DNA of 64,000 bases from assembly GCA_965368785.1 (NCBI GenBank), contig CBDUOG010000004.1, positions 3,550 through 67,549 of the forward strand. The letters are read 5' to 3'. Position numbers and translations under genes: made by a program. Origin of the DNA: an uncultured Gammaproteobacteria bacterium (GTDB taxonomy: Bacteria > Pseudomonadota > Gammaproteobacteria > Xanthomonadales > Xanthomonadaceae). Position 1 is the stretch's first letter. Every line of letters begins with the position of its first letter. Positions 20,564 to 30,966 of this stretch are shown piece after piece. The notes below the pieces were generated by a model. That model was not told the DNA's origin and ran no database searches. It worked only from the letters and a program-made list of their open reading frames with translations.

Positions 20564-22124
20564 CCCTGAGCTGATCTTCGAAATCTGCACACTGCTCAGT
20601 CGCTGAGCGACCAACGGTTCCGCGAAGAATCAGGAATCGGCTCGCGTTTTTTGAATCAGACACTTTGCGCACAAAATGCAAGGAATCAAACTGCGCGCAA
20701 ATCTGCCGAATAAAACCGTTCCACGCACCCGGCTTGGTCGCCAATGGCTCCAACACAATCATCACCTTCTGGCCGTTATGGCCTGAACTGATTTGCGATT
20801 GACCCATGCCCCATATTGTTAGCTGGACGGCGCGACCGTGCTTGTGATTCATCGGATGATCCATGCTGAGCATATCGGCCTGCTTGTGTACGCCAAAACG
20901 AAGCTGCGCCAGAGTCATGAAATTATCGGCGACGATCAACTCATCGGATTTCAGTTCGGCCTCGACCGCTTCACCCAGTTCACGCCAACCGACAAAATTG
21001 TTGGGGTAAAGCTTGCTACGACCATCAATTGGACTCCATTGCGGCGATGCGGCCCATAAAAACCAGACAATTGCCAACGCATGCAGTGGCCATGCGAATC
21101 CATGCGCCAGTCTGCGCCACCTTCTCGGGTACGCCGATTCGCCGATGACCAGGGGAGCAAAAACCAGCAAGGCCGGCATGACGCTGTAGGTCCAATGAAA
21201 ACTGGTTCGTATCTGATCTACAAAAGACGCCAGCGCCGCGTACACGGCGATCGGCAATAAACAGGCGAATAGGACTATTTTGCCGGGAAACTGCCGATTA
21301 GTATTGCGATACAGACACCACAGTACAGTCAACGCCAATGCATAAATCACCGGCGTACTGATAAGCGCCTGCGCAATCGGCTGTAGCAAGCCGGCCGGAT
21401 CAAATGACCATGGATGACGATCAACGAGCTGGAACTGCAATCCGCTGTTGTGCATTTGCGCGTTGAAAACAACCAAGGGCAGCCAAGCCAAGGCACCCAG
21501 GGTGCCTGCTAAGAGAATTCGCCTATTAAATAAACTCCGCCAGCCGGCGCTGAGCGCAAAGCCTAGAACCAAAGCAAACAGCAAGGGGGCAAAGCGATAG
21601 TGGCAGAGCGCACCCACAGTCAGCGCCAATCCAAGCTGCAACGTGGCTACCCAGGGCAATTGCCTACGCCACTGCGTAAGCGCATCGAGCGCCAACAGAA
21701 AACTGAGTGCCAATACGATTTCGGGCAACGCTAAAAAACCACTCAAGGTGGATAAAGGCAGTGCAAGAATTAAGGTCCCGGCAAACCAGCTTTGTTCTGC
21801 GCTAAACCAGCGCAAGCAAGACCGGACAGCGAGCAGTGGCAGCGCGGCGCCAATCAGAATAAAAACTGATCGAACGCCGAGCTCAGTATCTCCTAGAATT
21901 GCAGTGCCTATCGCGATGAGCCAAGCGTTCATACCAGGCAAATCGGAATACGCCCAGGCCAGATTCTGCGACTCCAGCCAATAAAATGCCTCATCGCCAA
22001 AAAGTTGCAGATGCGAAGCGATCCACAGTTTAATCAGCAAAAGCGCTGCCCACAGTGTGAAGAAGATCGCGCGCATATTTTTGGCATCCGTGTCAGTATT
22101 AGCTTTGGTCATCGGGATCGGCAT
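20538..22124 (-). CDS. Glycosyltransferase family 39 (ArnT/PMT-like) membrane protein; start uncertain
   Basis: LFGDEAFYW..LAWAYSDLPG..LGVR motif and many TM segments. Confidence 0.88.
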   Translation of the reverse strand: MPIPMTKANTDTDAKNMRAIFFTLWAALLLIKLWIASHLQLFGDEAFYWLESQNLAWAYSDLPGMNAWLIAIGTAILGDTELGVRSVFILIGAALPLLAVRSCLRWFSAEQSWFAGTLILALPLSTLSGFLALPEIVLALSFLLALDALTQWRRQLPWVATLQLGLALTVGALCHYRFAPLLFALVLGFALSAGWRSLFNRRILLAGTLGALAWLPLVVFNAQMHNSGLQFQLVDRHPWSFDPAGLLQPIAQALISTPVIYALALTVLWCLYRNTNRQFPGKIVLFACLLPIAVYAALASFVDQIRTSFHWTYSVMPALLVFAPLVIGESAYPRRWRRLAHGFAWPLHALAIVWFLWAASPQWSPIDGRSKLYPNNFVGWRELGEAVEAELKSDELIVADNFMTLAQLRFGVHKQADMLSMDHPMNHKHGRAVQLTIWGMGQSQISSGHNGQKVMIVLEPLATKPGAWNGFIRQICAQFDSLHFVRKVSDSKNASRFLILRGTVGRSATEQCADFEDQLRAISNRSQD

Positions 22125-22126
22125 TT

Positions 22127-23074
22127 ATGCAATTGCGGGACACATCAATCGTACCTGACAACCGCCTACAGGCGCTGCGCCAGGCAGTAAGTCAAGTCAA
22201 CGGGCTGATACTGGGTAAGGCTGAAGCGGTCGAAATGGCATTTATTGCGCTGTTGGCGAAAGGCCACCTATTAATTGAGGATCGGCCGGGCCTTGGTAAA
22301 ACGACCATGGCACGATCAATGGCGGCAACCCTGGGCATCCAGTTTCAACGCATGCAGTTTACCGCCGACCTTTTGCCCTCGGACATCATTGGTGTGTCGA
22401 TATACGAGCCGGACAAAGCAGCATTTCGTTTTCACCCGGGCCCTATCTTCACTGAACTTTTGTTGGCCGACGAGATCAATCGCGCTCCGCCAAGAACTCA
22501 ATCGGCACTGTTAGAAGCCATGGCCGAATACCAAGTCACGGTGGATGGCACGTCACATAAATTGCCCGAACCATTTTTCGTTATTGCGACACAGAATCCG
22601 GTCGATTTATCTGGAACCTTTCCGCTGCCTGACTCGCAAATGGATCGCTTCTTGCTTCGAATTTCTCTCGGCTATCCCGATGCTCAATCAGAAAAGGCGA
22701 TGCTTGCCGGCCAGGATCGCAAGCAAATGATTGAGCAGACCCGGCACTGCTTGTCGGCTGCTGACGTACTGCATCTGCAAGATATTTCGGCAAATGTTCA
22801 CGCCAGTGATCACTTGGTGGCCTACATCCAATCACTGGTTCACGCCACACGTAACCATTCGGGAATCCGGGTCGGATTATCGCCTCGCGCCGGGCTCGCT
22901 TTACTTCACTGCTCGCGGGCACGCGCGTTGATACAAGGCCGTGATCACGTGTTACCCACAGATGTTCAAGCGCTTTTCTGCGCAGTCGCGGCGCATCGAA
23001 TTGTTGCAAACTCAGACTCCAGCAATGCAGAGTCTTTGGCGCGCCAGATTCTGACGGAAGTCGCTGTCGACTGA
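22127..23074 (+). CDS. moxR: MoxR-family AAA+ ATPase
   Basis: GHLLIEDRPGLGKT, FTADLLPSDI, LADEINRAPP, ATQNP. Confidence 0.96.
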   Translation: MQLRDTSIVPDNRLQALRQAVSQVNGLILGKAEAVEMAFIALLAKGHLLIEDRPGLGKTTMARSMAATLGIQFQRMQFTADLLPSDIIGVSIYEPDKAAFRFHPGPIFTELLLADEINRAPPRTQSALLEAMAEYQVTVDGTSHKLPEPFFVIATQNPVDLSGTFPLPDSQMDRFLLRISLGYPDAQSEKAMLAGQDRKQMIEQTRHCLSAADVLHLQDISANVHASDHLVAYIQSLVHATRNHSGIRVGLSPRAGLALLHCSRARALIQGRDHVLPTDVQALFCAVAAHRIVANSDSSNAESLARQILTEVAVD

Positions 23075-23080
23075 GGCATT

Positions 23081-24055
23081 ATGGCTGCCAACGACTGGAC
23101 TGAACGCATTATTGACCGGCTACCTGCTGTGCCGCTGGTGCGTCCACGTCTGCCCGAATCGTTGCCCGTAGTGTTAAACCGGAAACGAATTTACGTACTA
23201 CCAACGCCATTCGGCCTATTTATAGCCTGCCTGCTCATTACCATGCTTCTGGGCGCGTTGAACTACAACAATAATCCCGGCGTTCTGCTGGCGTTTGTCT
23301 TAGGCGCAATCGCAAACAATAGTTTAATTAGCGCGCACATGCGTCTTTCCGGCCTGGAAGTTTTTTCGATTCAGGCTCAATCAGTTCATGCCGGTGCTAA
23401 TTTAAGCCTGGCGATTAAGTGCCGCAACCAAGGCAAGGTCAGGGCGCGCGATGGTCTGGAGTGGTCACCACCGGCTGATGCAGATGCGTTTGCCGATGAA
23501 CAAACCCAAGACGGCGAATTAAACATCAGTATTGCTACAAACCGCCGCGGGTTAATTAAGTTGCCGAAGTTGCGCGTGAGCACGGTCAGACCATTTGGCC
23601 TGGCCCGAGCATGGAGTTGGATTTGGCCCAATCAACACGTAATGATTTGGCCTAGGATTGAACAAAACGGTCCGCCGCTGCCGCATAACTATCACATCAG
23701 CGGCGGCCGGCTTACTCTGCGCAGCAGCATGGAAGAGCCGCACCATTTACGTGAGTACCGGCGCGGCGATCCGCAGCGACTAATTGCCTGGAAGTCGAGT
23801 GCAAAGCGTGGTGAATTGATGGTGCGCGAATACGAGTCCGGCATTCCACGCGAAATCTCTCTCGACTGGCATCAGCTTCCGATGCTGGACTATGAAGCCA
23901 AAATTAGCCGCCTGACTCACTGGGTAATATTGGCCGAGCAGCGTGGCCTCAATTTTTCATTGAATCTGCCCGATGGACTTATTGGACCCTCCCAGGGGGC
24001 AAGCCATTTGCAGAACTGTCTTGATCGTTTAGCGGCGCTACCCAATGAACGCTAA
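23081..24055 (+). CDS. DUF58 domain protein
   Basis: N-terminal TM pair, PFGL, LREYRRGDP..IAWKSSA..LMVREY. Confidence 0.92.
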   Translation: MAANDWTERIIDRLPAVPLVRPRLPESLPVVLNRKRIYVLPTPFGLFIACLLITMLLGALNYNNNPGVLLAFVLGAIANNSLISAHMRLSGLEVFSIQAQSVHAGANLSLAIKCRNQGKVRARDGLEWSPPADADAFADEQTQDGELNISIATNRRGLIKLPKLRVSTVRPFGLARAWSWIWPNQHVMIWPRIEQNGPPLPHNYHISGGRLTLRSSMEEPHHLREYRRGDPQRLIAWKSSAKRGELMVREYESGIPREISLDWHQLPMLDYEAKISRLTHWVILAEQRGLNFSLNLPDGLIGPSQGASHLQNCLDRLAALPNER

Positions 24056-25982
24056 GCCGCTCACCAAAAGCACGCAACTGTGGTGCGCCTTCGCCGTGAT
24101 GCTTTGCACTTTGCCCTTGTTATTGGCAATGCCGGCTACGGTAACGTTGGGGATTTTAGCTACCGGAGCGTTTGCTGTCGGTGGAATACTATTTAAGCCG
24201 CTGCCCGGATGGTTACGTCTGCTTTTGGTTTTATCCTTAACCGCGTGGGTCGGTATTAGTTTTAATTTCCAACCGGGCCGTGACGCCGGTAGCGCGCTCT
24301 TGCTCGCCATGCTTTCGCTGAAACTATCGGAACTTCGCGTCGCCCGCGATGCCCTGAGCGTTGTTGGCTTTGCACTGTTCGCACCCTTCGGTGGCTTTTT
24401 GCATGATCAGGGCCCGCTTAATTTGATTCTCACGATTCCGGCGATTGCCATTGCTTTAGCATTACTTGCCGGCCTCGCTAAGAATCGTACCAATCCGCAG
24501 TCGCAAATTATCGGCACTGAAAGCCTCAAGCTCGTTGGTATTGCAACAGTGATCGCATTACCGATGGCGCTGGTTGGTTTTTGGCTGTTTCCACGATTCC
24601 CCGAACCGCTTTGGGGCCTTCCAGAAAACGCTATGGCCAGAACCGGCATCAGTGAAAAGATGTCTCCGGGCGACTGGCTCGAGTTGTTTTCTGACGACTC
24701 GCCTGCGTTTCGCGTCGATTTCTTCGGGACCCCTCCTTCGCCAAATCAGATGTATTGGCGCGGGCCGGTTTTAAGCAACTTTGACGGTCGCAGCTGGACT
24801 CGCGCACGGTGGCAAGAATCAGTTCCTTTGGAACTACCGGATTTTTCGAATACTGCATCGCGCCTTTTGCCCTATGAAATTACGCTGGAGCCCAGCGATA
24901 GGAAGTATCTTTTCGCGTTAGATATTCCGCATGCCGTGCCCAAATCCTCTTACATCAGCGGCGACCTAACGGTACTGTCGGAGGAACCCATCCGGGCGCT
25001 TTCGCGATGGCAGCATACGGCAATGAATTTGCAGGGATATCAACTGCGATTGCCGCGAAGTATTCGCGCGTCGGCGCTGAACCTGCCACCTGACTTTAAT
25101 CCGCGAACGCTTGCACTGGCGAAACAACTAAGCACTCAGTCTTCGGATGAAATCGACTATGTGCGGCGAGTCTTAACTTGGTACAACGCCGAATTATCCT
25201 ATTCGCTTGCTGCTCCGCCATTAGGCCGCCATACCGCAGATGAATTTTTGTTTGATACAAAAATTGGCTACTGCGAGCATTTCGCGTCCTCCTTCACGAT
25301 GCTGATGCGCGCATCAGGGATCCCCGCGCGTGTAGTTACCGGATACGCAGGCGGCTATCGCAACCCGATTGGCAACTATTGGCTTATCCGGCAATCCGAC
25401 GCGCATGCCTGGACCGAAGTTTGGCTCGAAGGACGTGGCTGGGTTCGAATTGACCCGACGGCTGCGGTAGCCCCCGATCGTATTTTCGATACGGTGGATG
25501 ATCTGGCTGTGTTTGATGATTCAGGACTGTCCTCCTTTTCTGATGTCGGCGATTGGATACGCAGCCACTGGAACAACATGTTGCTGGGCTACGATGCGTT
25601 CAAACAATCCCAATTACTGCGACCAATTGGCATAAAAAACGCTGATCCGCACCAACTCGGCATTGCATTCTCAATCAGCCTATTGATCGTCATGATCTGG
25701 ACGATCTGGTGGTTTTGGCGCGATCAGAACAAGCCCACCGATCCGCTCGAGAAGGCCTGGCGCGCGTTCGCCCGACGACTCGCTAAGTCCGGAATTAAAA
25801 AGGCCAGCCATGAAAGTGCAACCGATTTTGCCTTACGGGCGGCCGCACAGATGCCTGCACATGCGGCCTCTATTTCCGCGCTCAGCTACGGTTATAACAA
25901 CATGCGATACGGTCGTCTGGCGCTAACAGAACAGGCATATCAAGAGCTGCTGATGGGACTGAAGCGCTTCAATCCGAGCTGA
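24045..25982 (+). CDS. tgpA: Membrane transglutaminase-like protein TgpA (DUF3488 + TGc)
   Basis: YWRG, and the Cys-His-Asp triad in GYCEHFA, AHAWTE and DPT. Confidence 0.92.
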   Translation: MNAKPLTKSTQLWCAFAVMLCTLPLLLAMPATVTLGILATGAFAVGGILFKPLPGWLRLLLVLSLTAWVGISFNFQPGRDAGSALLLAMLSLKLSELRVARDALSVVGFALFAPFGGFLHDQGPLNLILTIPAIAIALALLAGLAKNRTNPQSQIIGTESLKLVGIATVIALPMALVGFWLFPRFPEPLWGLPENAMARTGISEKMSPGDWLELFSDDSPAFRVDFFGTPPSPNQMYWRGPVLSNFDGRSWTRARWQESVPLELPDFSNTASRLLPYEITLEPSDRKYLFALDIPHAVPKSSYISGDLTVLSEEPIRALSRWQHTAMNLQGYQLRLPRSIRASALNLPPDFNPRTLALAKQLSTQSSDEIDYVRRVLTWYNAELSYSLAAPPLGRHTADEFLFDTKIGYCEHFASSFTMLMRASGIPARVVTGYAGGYRNPIGNYWLIRQSDAHAWTEVWLEGRGWVRIDPTAAVAPDRIFDTVDDLAVFDDSGLSSFSDVGDWIRSHWNNMLLGYDAFKQSQLLRPIGIKNADPHQLGIAFSISLLIVMIWTIWWFWRDQNKPTDPLEKAWRAFARRLAKSGIKKASHESATDFALRAAAQMPAHAASISALSYGYNNMRYGRLALTEQAYQELLMGLKRFNPS

Positions 25983-26001
25983 CCTTCCAGAGAACTTACT
26001 T

Positions 26002-26484
26002 ATGAAGCCACTACTGAAAACTACTGCTATCGGACTGCTCATCTGCACGTTGAGTGCCTGCGTGAGCGCGCCCAAGCCCCTGCAGGGCGACTACATGGCA
26101 ATCTCGCCGCTCCAGAGCAAAGAGATCGGCGCAATGAACCAGCGTGTGCGCTGGGGTGGAAAAATAGTCAAGACCACGCCTTATGCCGAGCGAACATGTT
26201 TTGAAATTGTCGCGATGCCGCTGTCAGATTCAGCACGACCAAAAAAGTCAGACCGCAGCCTGGGCCGGTTCTTTGCCTGCCGCAAGGGCTTTTATGATCC
26301 GATGATTTTTACCGAGGGACGCGAGATCACGATTTCCGGCACACTCAGTGGTTTCGATTCGGGACAAGTAGGCGATTACCGTTACGAATACCCCGTGGTT
26401 GACGCTGCTGTTATTTATCTATGGTCCGATAAAGTGGAACATCGCATCATTTATCACGATCCGTATTGGCCTATCTGGTGGTGA
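26002..26484 (+). CDS. slp: Slp-family outer membrane lipoprotein
   Basis: Lipobox LSAC, VRWGGKI, GRF, FYDP..GREITISG, YEYPV. Confidence 0.92.
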   Translation: MKPLLKTTAIGLLICTLSACVSAPKPLQGDYMAISPLQSKEIGAMNQRVRWGGKIVKTTPYAERTCFEIVAMPLSDSARPKKSDRSLGRFFACRKGFYDPMIFTEGREITISGTLSGFDSGQVGDYRYEYPVVDAAVIYLWSDKVEHRIIYHDPYWPIWW

Positions 26485-26532
26485 GTGGCAACTCATGGTG
26501 CACGCCTGGGAGCGATGAATGAGCAAAAGCTT

Positions 26533-26833
26533 TAACAGATCGAGGGTGACAGCCGTTCGTGCGGGCTAAGCTCAACGGTACCCGCACGCTGCAACACACA
26601 CTTTTTTCATAAAAGCCGGCGCCCGGCTCCGCCGGGCAAGAGCAATAACAGATCGAGGGTGACAGCCGTTCGTGCGGGCTAAGCTCAACGGTACCCGCAC
26701 GCTGCAACGCACACTTTTTTTATAAGAGCCGGCGCCCGGCTCCGCCGGGCAAAAGCAATAACAGATCGAGGGTGACAGCCGTTCGTGCGGGCTGAGCTCA
26801 AAGGTACCTGCACGCTGCAACGCACACTTTTTT
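26533..26833 (+). repeat. 113-bp tandem repeat (2 full units plus a 75-bp third unit), putative structured ncRNA array
   Basis: Units begin taacagatcgagggtgacagccgttcgtgcgggct at 26533, 26646 and 26759; near-identical. Confidence 0.97.
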
Positions 26834-26853
26834 GCCTCGCCCGTTCGCTCACG

Positions 26854-26877
26854 CACGTTCGCCCGATGGCGAACGTG
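26854..26877. terminator. Perfect 10-bp hairpin just downstream of the HIT gene
   Basis: cacgttcgcc-cgat-ggcgaacgtg; no clear U-tract. Confidence 0.45.
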
Positions 26878-26888
26878 AGCGCATGAGC

Positions 26889-27233
26889 TCACCCCGGGGG
26901 CCAGGTCATTTGGCGGCCGGCTAATAGATGCAAGTGAATGTGATAGACGGTCTGCCCACCCTGACTATTGCAGTTAATCACGGTGCGGTAACCGTCTTCA
27001 GCAAAGCCTTCGCTTTTGGCGTATAGCGCAGCACTGTGGACCAACTTACCGACCAGCTGCTCGTCCGCCACACCCATGTGATTCAACGTCGCAATGCGGT
27101 GCTTAGGAATAAACAGCACATGCACGGGCGCCTGCGGATTGATATCTCGAAAGGCCAGCACATCATCATCTTCATACACAATGTCAGCTGGAATTTCTCG
27201 TCGGATGATCTTGTCGAAAATTGTTTCGCTCAT
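26889..27233 (-). CDS. hinT: Histidine triad nucleotide-binding protein
   Basis: IFDKII..IPADIVYEDD, GQTVYHIHLHLL. Confidence 0.95.
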   Translation of the reverse strand: MSETIFDKIIRREIPADIVYEDDDVLAFRDINPQAPVHVLFIPKHRIATLNHMGVADEQLVGKLVHSAALYAKSEGFAEDGYRTVINCNSQGGQTVYHIHLHLLAGRQMTWPPG

Positions 27234-27248
27234 AGCTTCTCCGGATAA

Positions 27249-27848
27249 TTAGTGGGCGTCTGTCCTGCTACCAAATGCATGCGCCAAGGTGCCTCGGTCA
27301 ACATATTCCAACTCGCCACCCAGCGGCAATCCCTGTGCCAGACGACTCGGCTTAATTCCATAATCGCGTGCCATTTGCGACAGATAATGAGCCGTCGCTT
27401 CACCCTCAACGGTAGGGCTGGTTGCAACAATCAACTCAGTAATGGGTTCTTCTGCCAGACGCTTAGCGAGCAGATCCAAACCCAATTGCTTGGGGCCGAC
27501 GCCATCAAGCGGCGACATACGCCCCTGCATCACAAAATACAGACCGCGATAACCCGTTGCCTGCTCAAGCGCTAAACGATCAGCGGGAGACTCCACCACG
27601 CATAACAGGTGTTTCTCGCGCGAGGCGCTTGCGCAGATCGAACAGACTTTGCTTTCCGTAAAGTCGCGACATTGGGCGCAATGTTGAATACGTTCGACCG
27701 CCTGCAGCAGCTTTTCCGCCAGGCGCCTGCCGCCCTCGCGCTCACGTTCAAGTATGTGGTACGCCATACGCTGCGCACTCTTCGGCCCCACACCGGGCAG
27801 GCAACGAAACGCCTCTAGCAATTGTTCCAGCAATGATCCGGATGACAT
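27249..27848 (-). CDS. recR: Recombination mediator RecR
   Basis: LPGVGPKSAQR, C4 zinc finger, TOPRIM EGEATA. Confidence 0.98.
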   Translation of the reverse strand: MSSGSLLEQLLEAFRCLPGVGPKSAQRMAYHILEREREGGRRLAEKLLQAVERIQHCAQCRDFTESKVCSICASASREKHLLCVVESPADRLALEQATGYRGLYFVMQGRMSPLDGVGPKQLGLDLLAKRLAEEPITELIVATSPTVEGEATAHYLSQMARDYGIKPSRLAQGLPLGGELEYVDRGTLAHAFGSRTDAH

Positions 27849-27863
27849 GGCAATTCGCGATAA

Positions 27864-28190
27864 TTAAAACAAACCGGGTATTTTCATTCCGGGCGGAATC
27901 GGCATACCCGCAGTAGCGCTGCTCATACGCTTTTGCGATTCTGCATTGGCTTTATTCACCGCGTCGTTAATCGCAGCGGCTAGCAAGTCTTCAAGCATTT
28001 CGCCATCACTCAGAACCGAAGGGTCGATACGCACTTTGCGTGCTTCCATTTTTCCGGAAAGCGTTACGGTGACCATACCACCACCTGCGTTACCTTCAAC
28101 TTCGATATTGGCCAGCTCTTCCTGGGCCTTTTTCATATTCTCTTGCATACGCTGAGCTTGCTGCATCAGTTGGGCAATATTTCCACGCAT
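27864..28190 (-). CDS. ybaB: YbaB/EbfC nucleoid-associated protein
   Basis: [26 protein letters not shown]. Confidence 0.97.
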   Translation of the reverse strand: MRGNIAQLMQQAQRMQENMKKAQEELANIEVEGNAGGGMVTVTLSGKMEARKVRIDPSVLSDGEMLEDLLAAAINDAVNKANAESQKRMSSATAGMPIPPGMKIPGLF

Positions 28191-28204
28191 AATTAAATTC
28201 CTGA

Positions 28205-29833
28205 TTACTGAGGTTTAATTGAACCGGGCACTGTTTGACCACCCTGTTCCAATAGTTTTTTAACCGCCGGATTGCTCAAAAACGCATCCTCGGCCGCCAT
28301 CTGCTGGTCGTTACGCACTTTCTCTTTGCGATTCGCCAGGGTCTCCGCGACAACCGATGCAGATTGAGTCACACGGACTTGGCGCAAGCCACTGACAACC
28401 GGCATTACTGCCTGCAACAACTGCTGCTGCAAAGATTCGTTGATCAAGTGCCCCATGCCTGCAGATAGATGCAGTTCCAGCACGCCCGATTCGAACGAAG
28501 AAAACACCGCATTGGAAGCGAGCTCATTGACCGGACCGCGCAAGTTCAGCTGAGCAATTGTGTCCAACCATTGAACATTGCTACTCAAGCCTACGCCCGG
28601 TCCAGCGCTGCGCAGCTCCCGCGTGGCTGGGGCATCCGGCTTGGAATTAAGCACCGGCTTTGCCGCCGGGGCTGGCTGCACCGTGGCGGCTGCGGTTGGC
28701 TGAGCAGGATTTGCTGACTTTGTCGGCACAGGACCGACACTCGCCAAACCAGCGCTCATTGGCCGAAACGCGAGCATGCGCAGCAAGCTCATTTCGAAAC
28801 CAACGCGTTGACTCGGAGCTAACTCCAAATCACGACGCCCTTGTACCGCCATCTGATACCACAACTGCACGACTTCAGCAGGCACCCTTGCGGCAAAGCT
28901 GGCGATATCAATCCGTTCCATCGGTACCGCCGCATCCGGAACCAACTGGCTTACCTGAATTGCGTGCAATGCCAAGGCCAGATCGTCCAGAACCTGCTGA
29001 TAGTCCGGCGAGAACTTACTCAACTCTTCGACTGTTCGCAGCATCGCGATACCATCGCCCTGACTTAGTCCGTCAAGAATTTCATTGATGCGGGTTCGAT
29101 CAACGCTTCCGAGCATCGACAAAACTGCATCTTCGCTAAGCTTACCGGCGGTATAGGCAATAGCCTGATCCAGAAGGGATAAGCCATCGCGCAAGCTACC
29201 ATCGGCGCCTCGCGCCAAAAGAGCAATTGCCGCATCATCACAACTGATATTTTCGGCGTCCAGAATTTTGCGCATTTGTGCGGCAATCTGGTCGAGTTCC
29301 AAACGACGCAAATTAAACTGCAAACAACGCGAAAGTACCGTGACTGGCAGCTTCTGCGGGTCGGTGGTTGCCAGCAAAAACTTCACATGTCCCGGCGGCT
29401 CTTCAAGCGTTTTCAATAACGCATTGAAGGCGTTCTTCGACAACATGTGCACTTCGTCGATTAGATAAACCTTTACCCGACCGCGGGCCGGCATGTATTG
29501 GGCGTTTTCGATTAAATCACGCACATCGTCGACACCGGTATTAGATGCTGCATCGATTTCGAGAAGATCGACGAACCGACCCGCATCGATGTCGGCGCAG
29601 GCATTACAGGTTCCACACGGCTCGGCACTTTGTCCTTGCTCGCAGTTCAACGACTTGGCAAAGATTCGCGCGATTGTCGTTTTACCAACACCGCGGGTGC
29701 CCGTGAACAAAAACGCATGGTGAACCCGGCCGCTATCGAGCGCATTGCTAAGGGCTTTGACTACGTGTTCCTGACCAACGAGCTCAGAAAAGCGGCGCGG
29801 ACGCCATTTACGAGCGAGTACAAGATAAGACAT
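28205..29833 (-). CDS. dnaX: DNA polymerase III subunit gamma/tau
   Basis: [12 protein letters not shown] start at 29833, [19 protein letters not shown]. Confidence 0.98.
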   Translation of the reverse strand: MSYLVLARKWRPRRFSELVGQEHVVKALSNALDSGRVHHAFLFTGTRGVGKTTIARIFAKSLNCEQGQSAEPCGTCNACADIDAGRFVDLLEIDAASNTGVDDVRDLIENAQYMPARGRVKVYLIDEVHMLSKNAFNALLKTLEEPPGHVKFLLATTDPQKLPVTVLSRCLQFNLRRLELDQIAAQMRKILDAENISCDDAAIALLARGADGSLRDGLSLLDQAIAYTAGKLSEDAVLSMLGSVDRTRINEILDGLSQGDGIAMLRTVEELSKFSPDYQQVLDDLALALHAIQVSQLVPDAAVPMERIDIASFAARVPAEVVQLWYQMAVQGRRDLELAPSQRVGFEMSLLRMLAFRPMSAGLASVGPVPTKSANPAQPTAAATVQPAPAAKPVLNSKPDAPATRELRSAGPGVGLSSNVQWLDTIAQLNLRGPVNELASNAVFSSFESGVLELHLSAGMGHLINESLQQQLLQAVMPVVSGLRQVRVTQSASVVAETLANRKEKVRNDQQMAAEDAFLSNPAVKKLLEQGGQTVPGSIKPQ

Positions 29834-29920
29834 GGGATTAGCTCTGTGTGACCCACCCATTGTGCCAAGCATCGCGCCAGACACCAAGTAAGAAGAGCAA
29901 ATGATTCGCAGGGGAGCTGG

Positions 29921-30032
29921 AGTGGCAGCCCCCGCCGGTTAACCCCGGCACCCGAATCGGTTAATACCGTTGCTCCCTTCCGGGCCTGGCGGAGTTTTCA
30001 ACCTATCGTCGCGGGGGCCGACGGGAGCCACC
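29921..30032 (-). ncRNA. ffs: Signal recognition particle RNA (4.5S)
   Basis: Minus strand CCAGGCCCGGAAGGGAGCAACGG domain IV inside a long hairpin, upstream of dnaX. Confidence 0.93.
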
Positions 30033-30044
30033 ATAGAAACTGGA

Positions 30045-30137
30045 TGGCGGAGAGAGAGGGATTCGAACCCTCGAAAAGGGGTTTAGCCTTTTACACACTT
30101 TCCAGGCGTGCTCCTTCAACCACTCGGACACCTCTCC
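30045..30137 (-). tRNA. tRNA-Ser(GGA)
   Basis: Cloverleaf, anticodon arm cacgc-ctGGAaa-gtgtg, long variable arm, encoded CCA. Confidence 0.97.
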
Positions 30138-30222
30138 GCTTTAAGGCTACGCCGTCCAGGGCCGGCTATTCTAACCAAAGCACGCAGACCTGGCTATGTT
30201 TATATTTCCCGCCCGGTTCAGC

Positions 30223-30966
30223 TTATGAGCCCGTGGGATCTGCCAATTCAATCAACATCCCAGCCCGGGCTACGCGATGGCCGCGGGCTTCGAGCGCTTG
30301 GGCTTCAGCCGCGCTGGCATAGTGATAAAGCACGCAGCGCGCCAGAAGGGTCTTGGCGTATTCGCGCTCCAGATCGTCGATGCCGCTATGCGATGGATTG
30401 CCGTGCAGCGCGCAGTCATGGGCAATGAGCTCACCTTGATCGGCGTGTTCCTCAAGCAATTCAGGAATCGGCCGCGTGTCCCCGGTCCACACCAGAGAAC
30501 GGGCCAATTTCAACGCGAATGCGGAACCTTGTCGATGATGCCGCACGGGAAAAATCTGATACCAAACGCCGTTGTGCCAAAAGCCTTCATCAACGACGAT
30601 TAGCTGAAATGCATCCCAAAAATTTGCGCCACCCTCGGCGAGCACGTTCGGATACTGTGCAACGCGCGCTTGCAGATGCGGCATAACTCCGGTTGGTACA
30701 TAAATCCTGGTCTTTCCACGACGCTCAGAGTCAAAATAAGATTTAACAAAGAGCCGTTCAAAGCCTGCGACATGGTCCATGTGCGCGTGGGTGATAAACA
30801 CCGCATCAGGCGGGTGACCATAGTGCGCCAGATAAGCGGTTAATGCTTCGGGCCCGCAATCAATCATGAGCTCGGACTTATTGTCGCGCTCAATCACGGC
30901 AGAGGAATTCCCTAATTCCACCGCTGAGGCATTTCCCACGCCCAAAAACCGTAATTGCCAGCTCAT
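30223..30966 (-). CDS. Metallo-beta-lactamase fold hydrolase (RNase Z/PDE-like)
   Basis: THAHMDH, GDT, HDC, LYHY. Confidence 0.88.
   Translation of the reverse strand: MSWQLRFLGVGNASAVELGNSSAVIERDNKSELMIDCGPEALTAYLAHYGHPPDAVFITHAHMDHVAGFERLFVKSYFDSERRGKTRIYVPTGVMPHLQARVAQYPNVLAEGGANFWDAFQLIVVDEGFWHNGVWYQIFPVRHHRQGSAFALKLARSLVWTGDTRPIPELLEEHADQGELIAHDCALHGNPSHSGIDDLEREYAKTLLARCVLYHYASAAEAQALEARGHRVARAGMLIELADPTGS

Noticed and set aside
26533-26833. Tandem repeat as a CRISPR array or type I toxin cluster
   Set aside because: There are no unique spacers and no cas genes. ORFs crossing it (26471-26707, 26572-26892) change frame between units and are not hydrophobic.
28205-29833. Programmed -1 frameshift in dnaX
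   Set aside because: I did not find an A AAA AAG slippery site with a downstream hairpin.
30045-30137. Prophage or integrative element at any of the tRNA genes
   Set aside because: No integrase, phage or transposase gene in the window; flanking genes are core.
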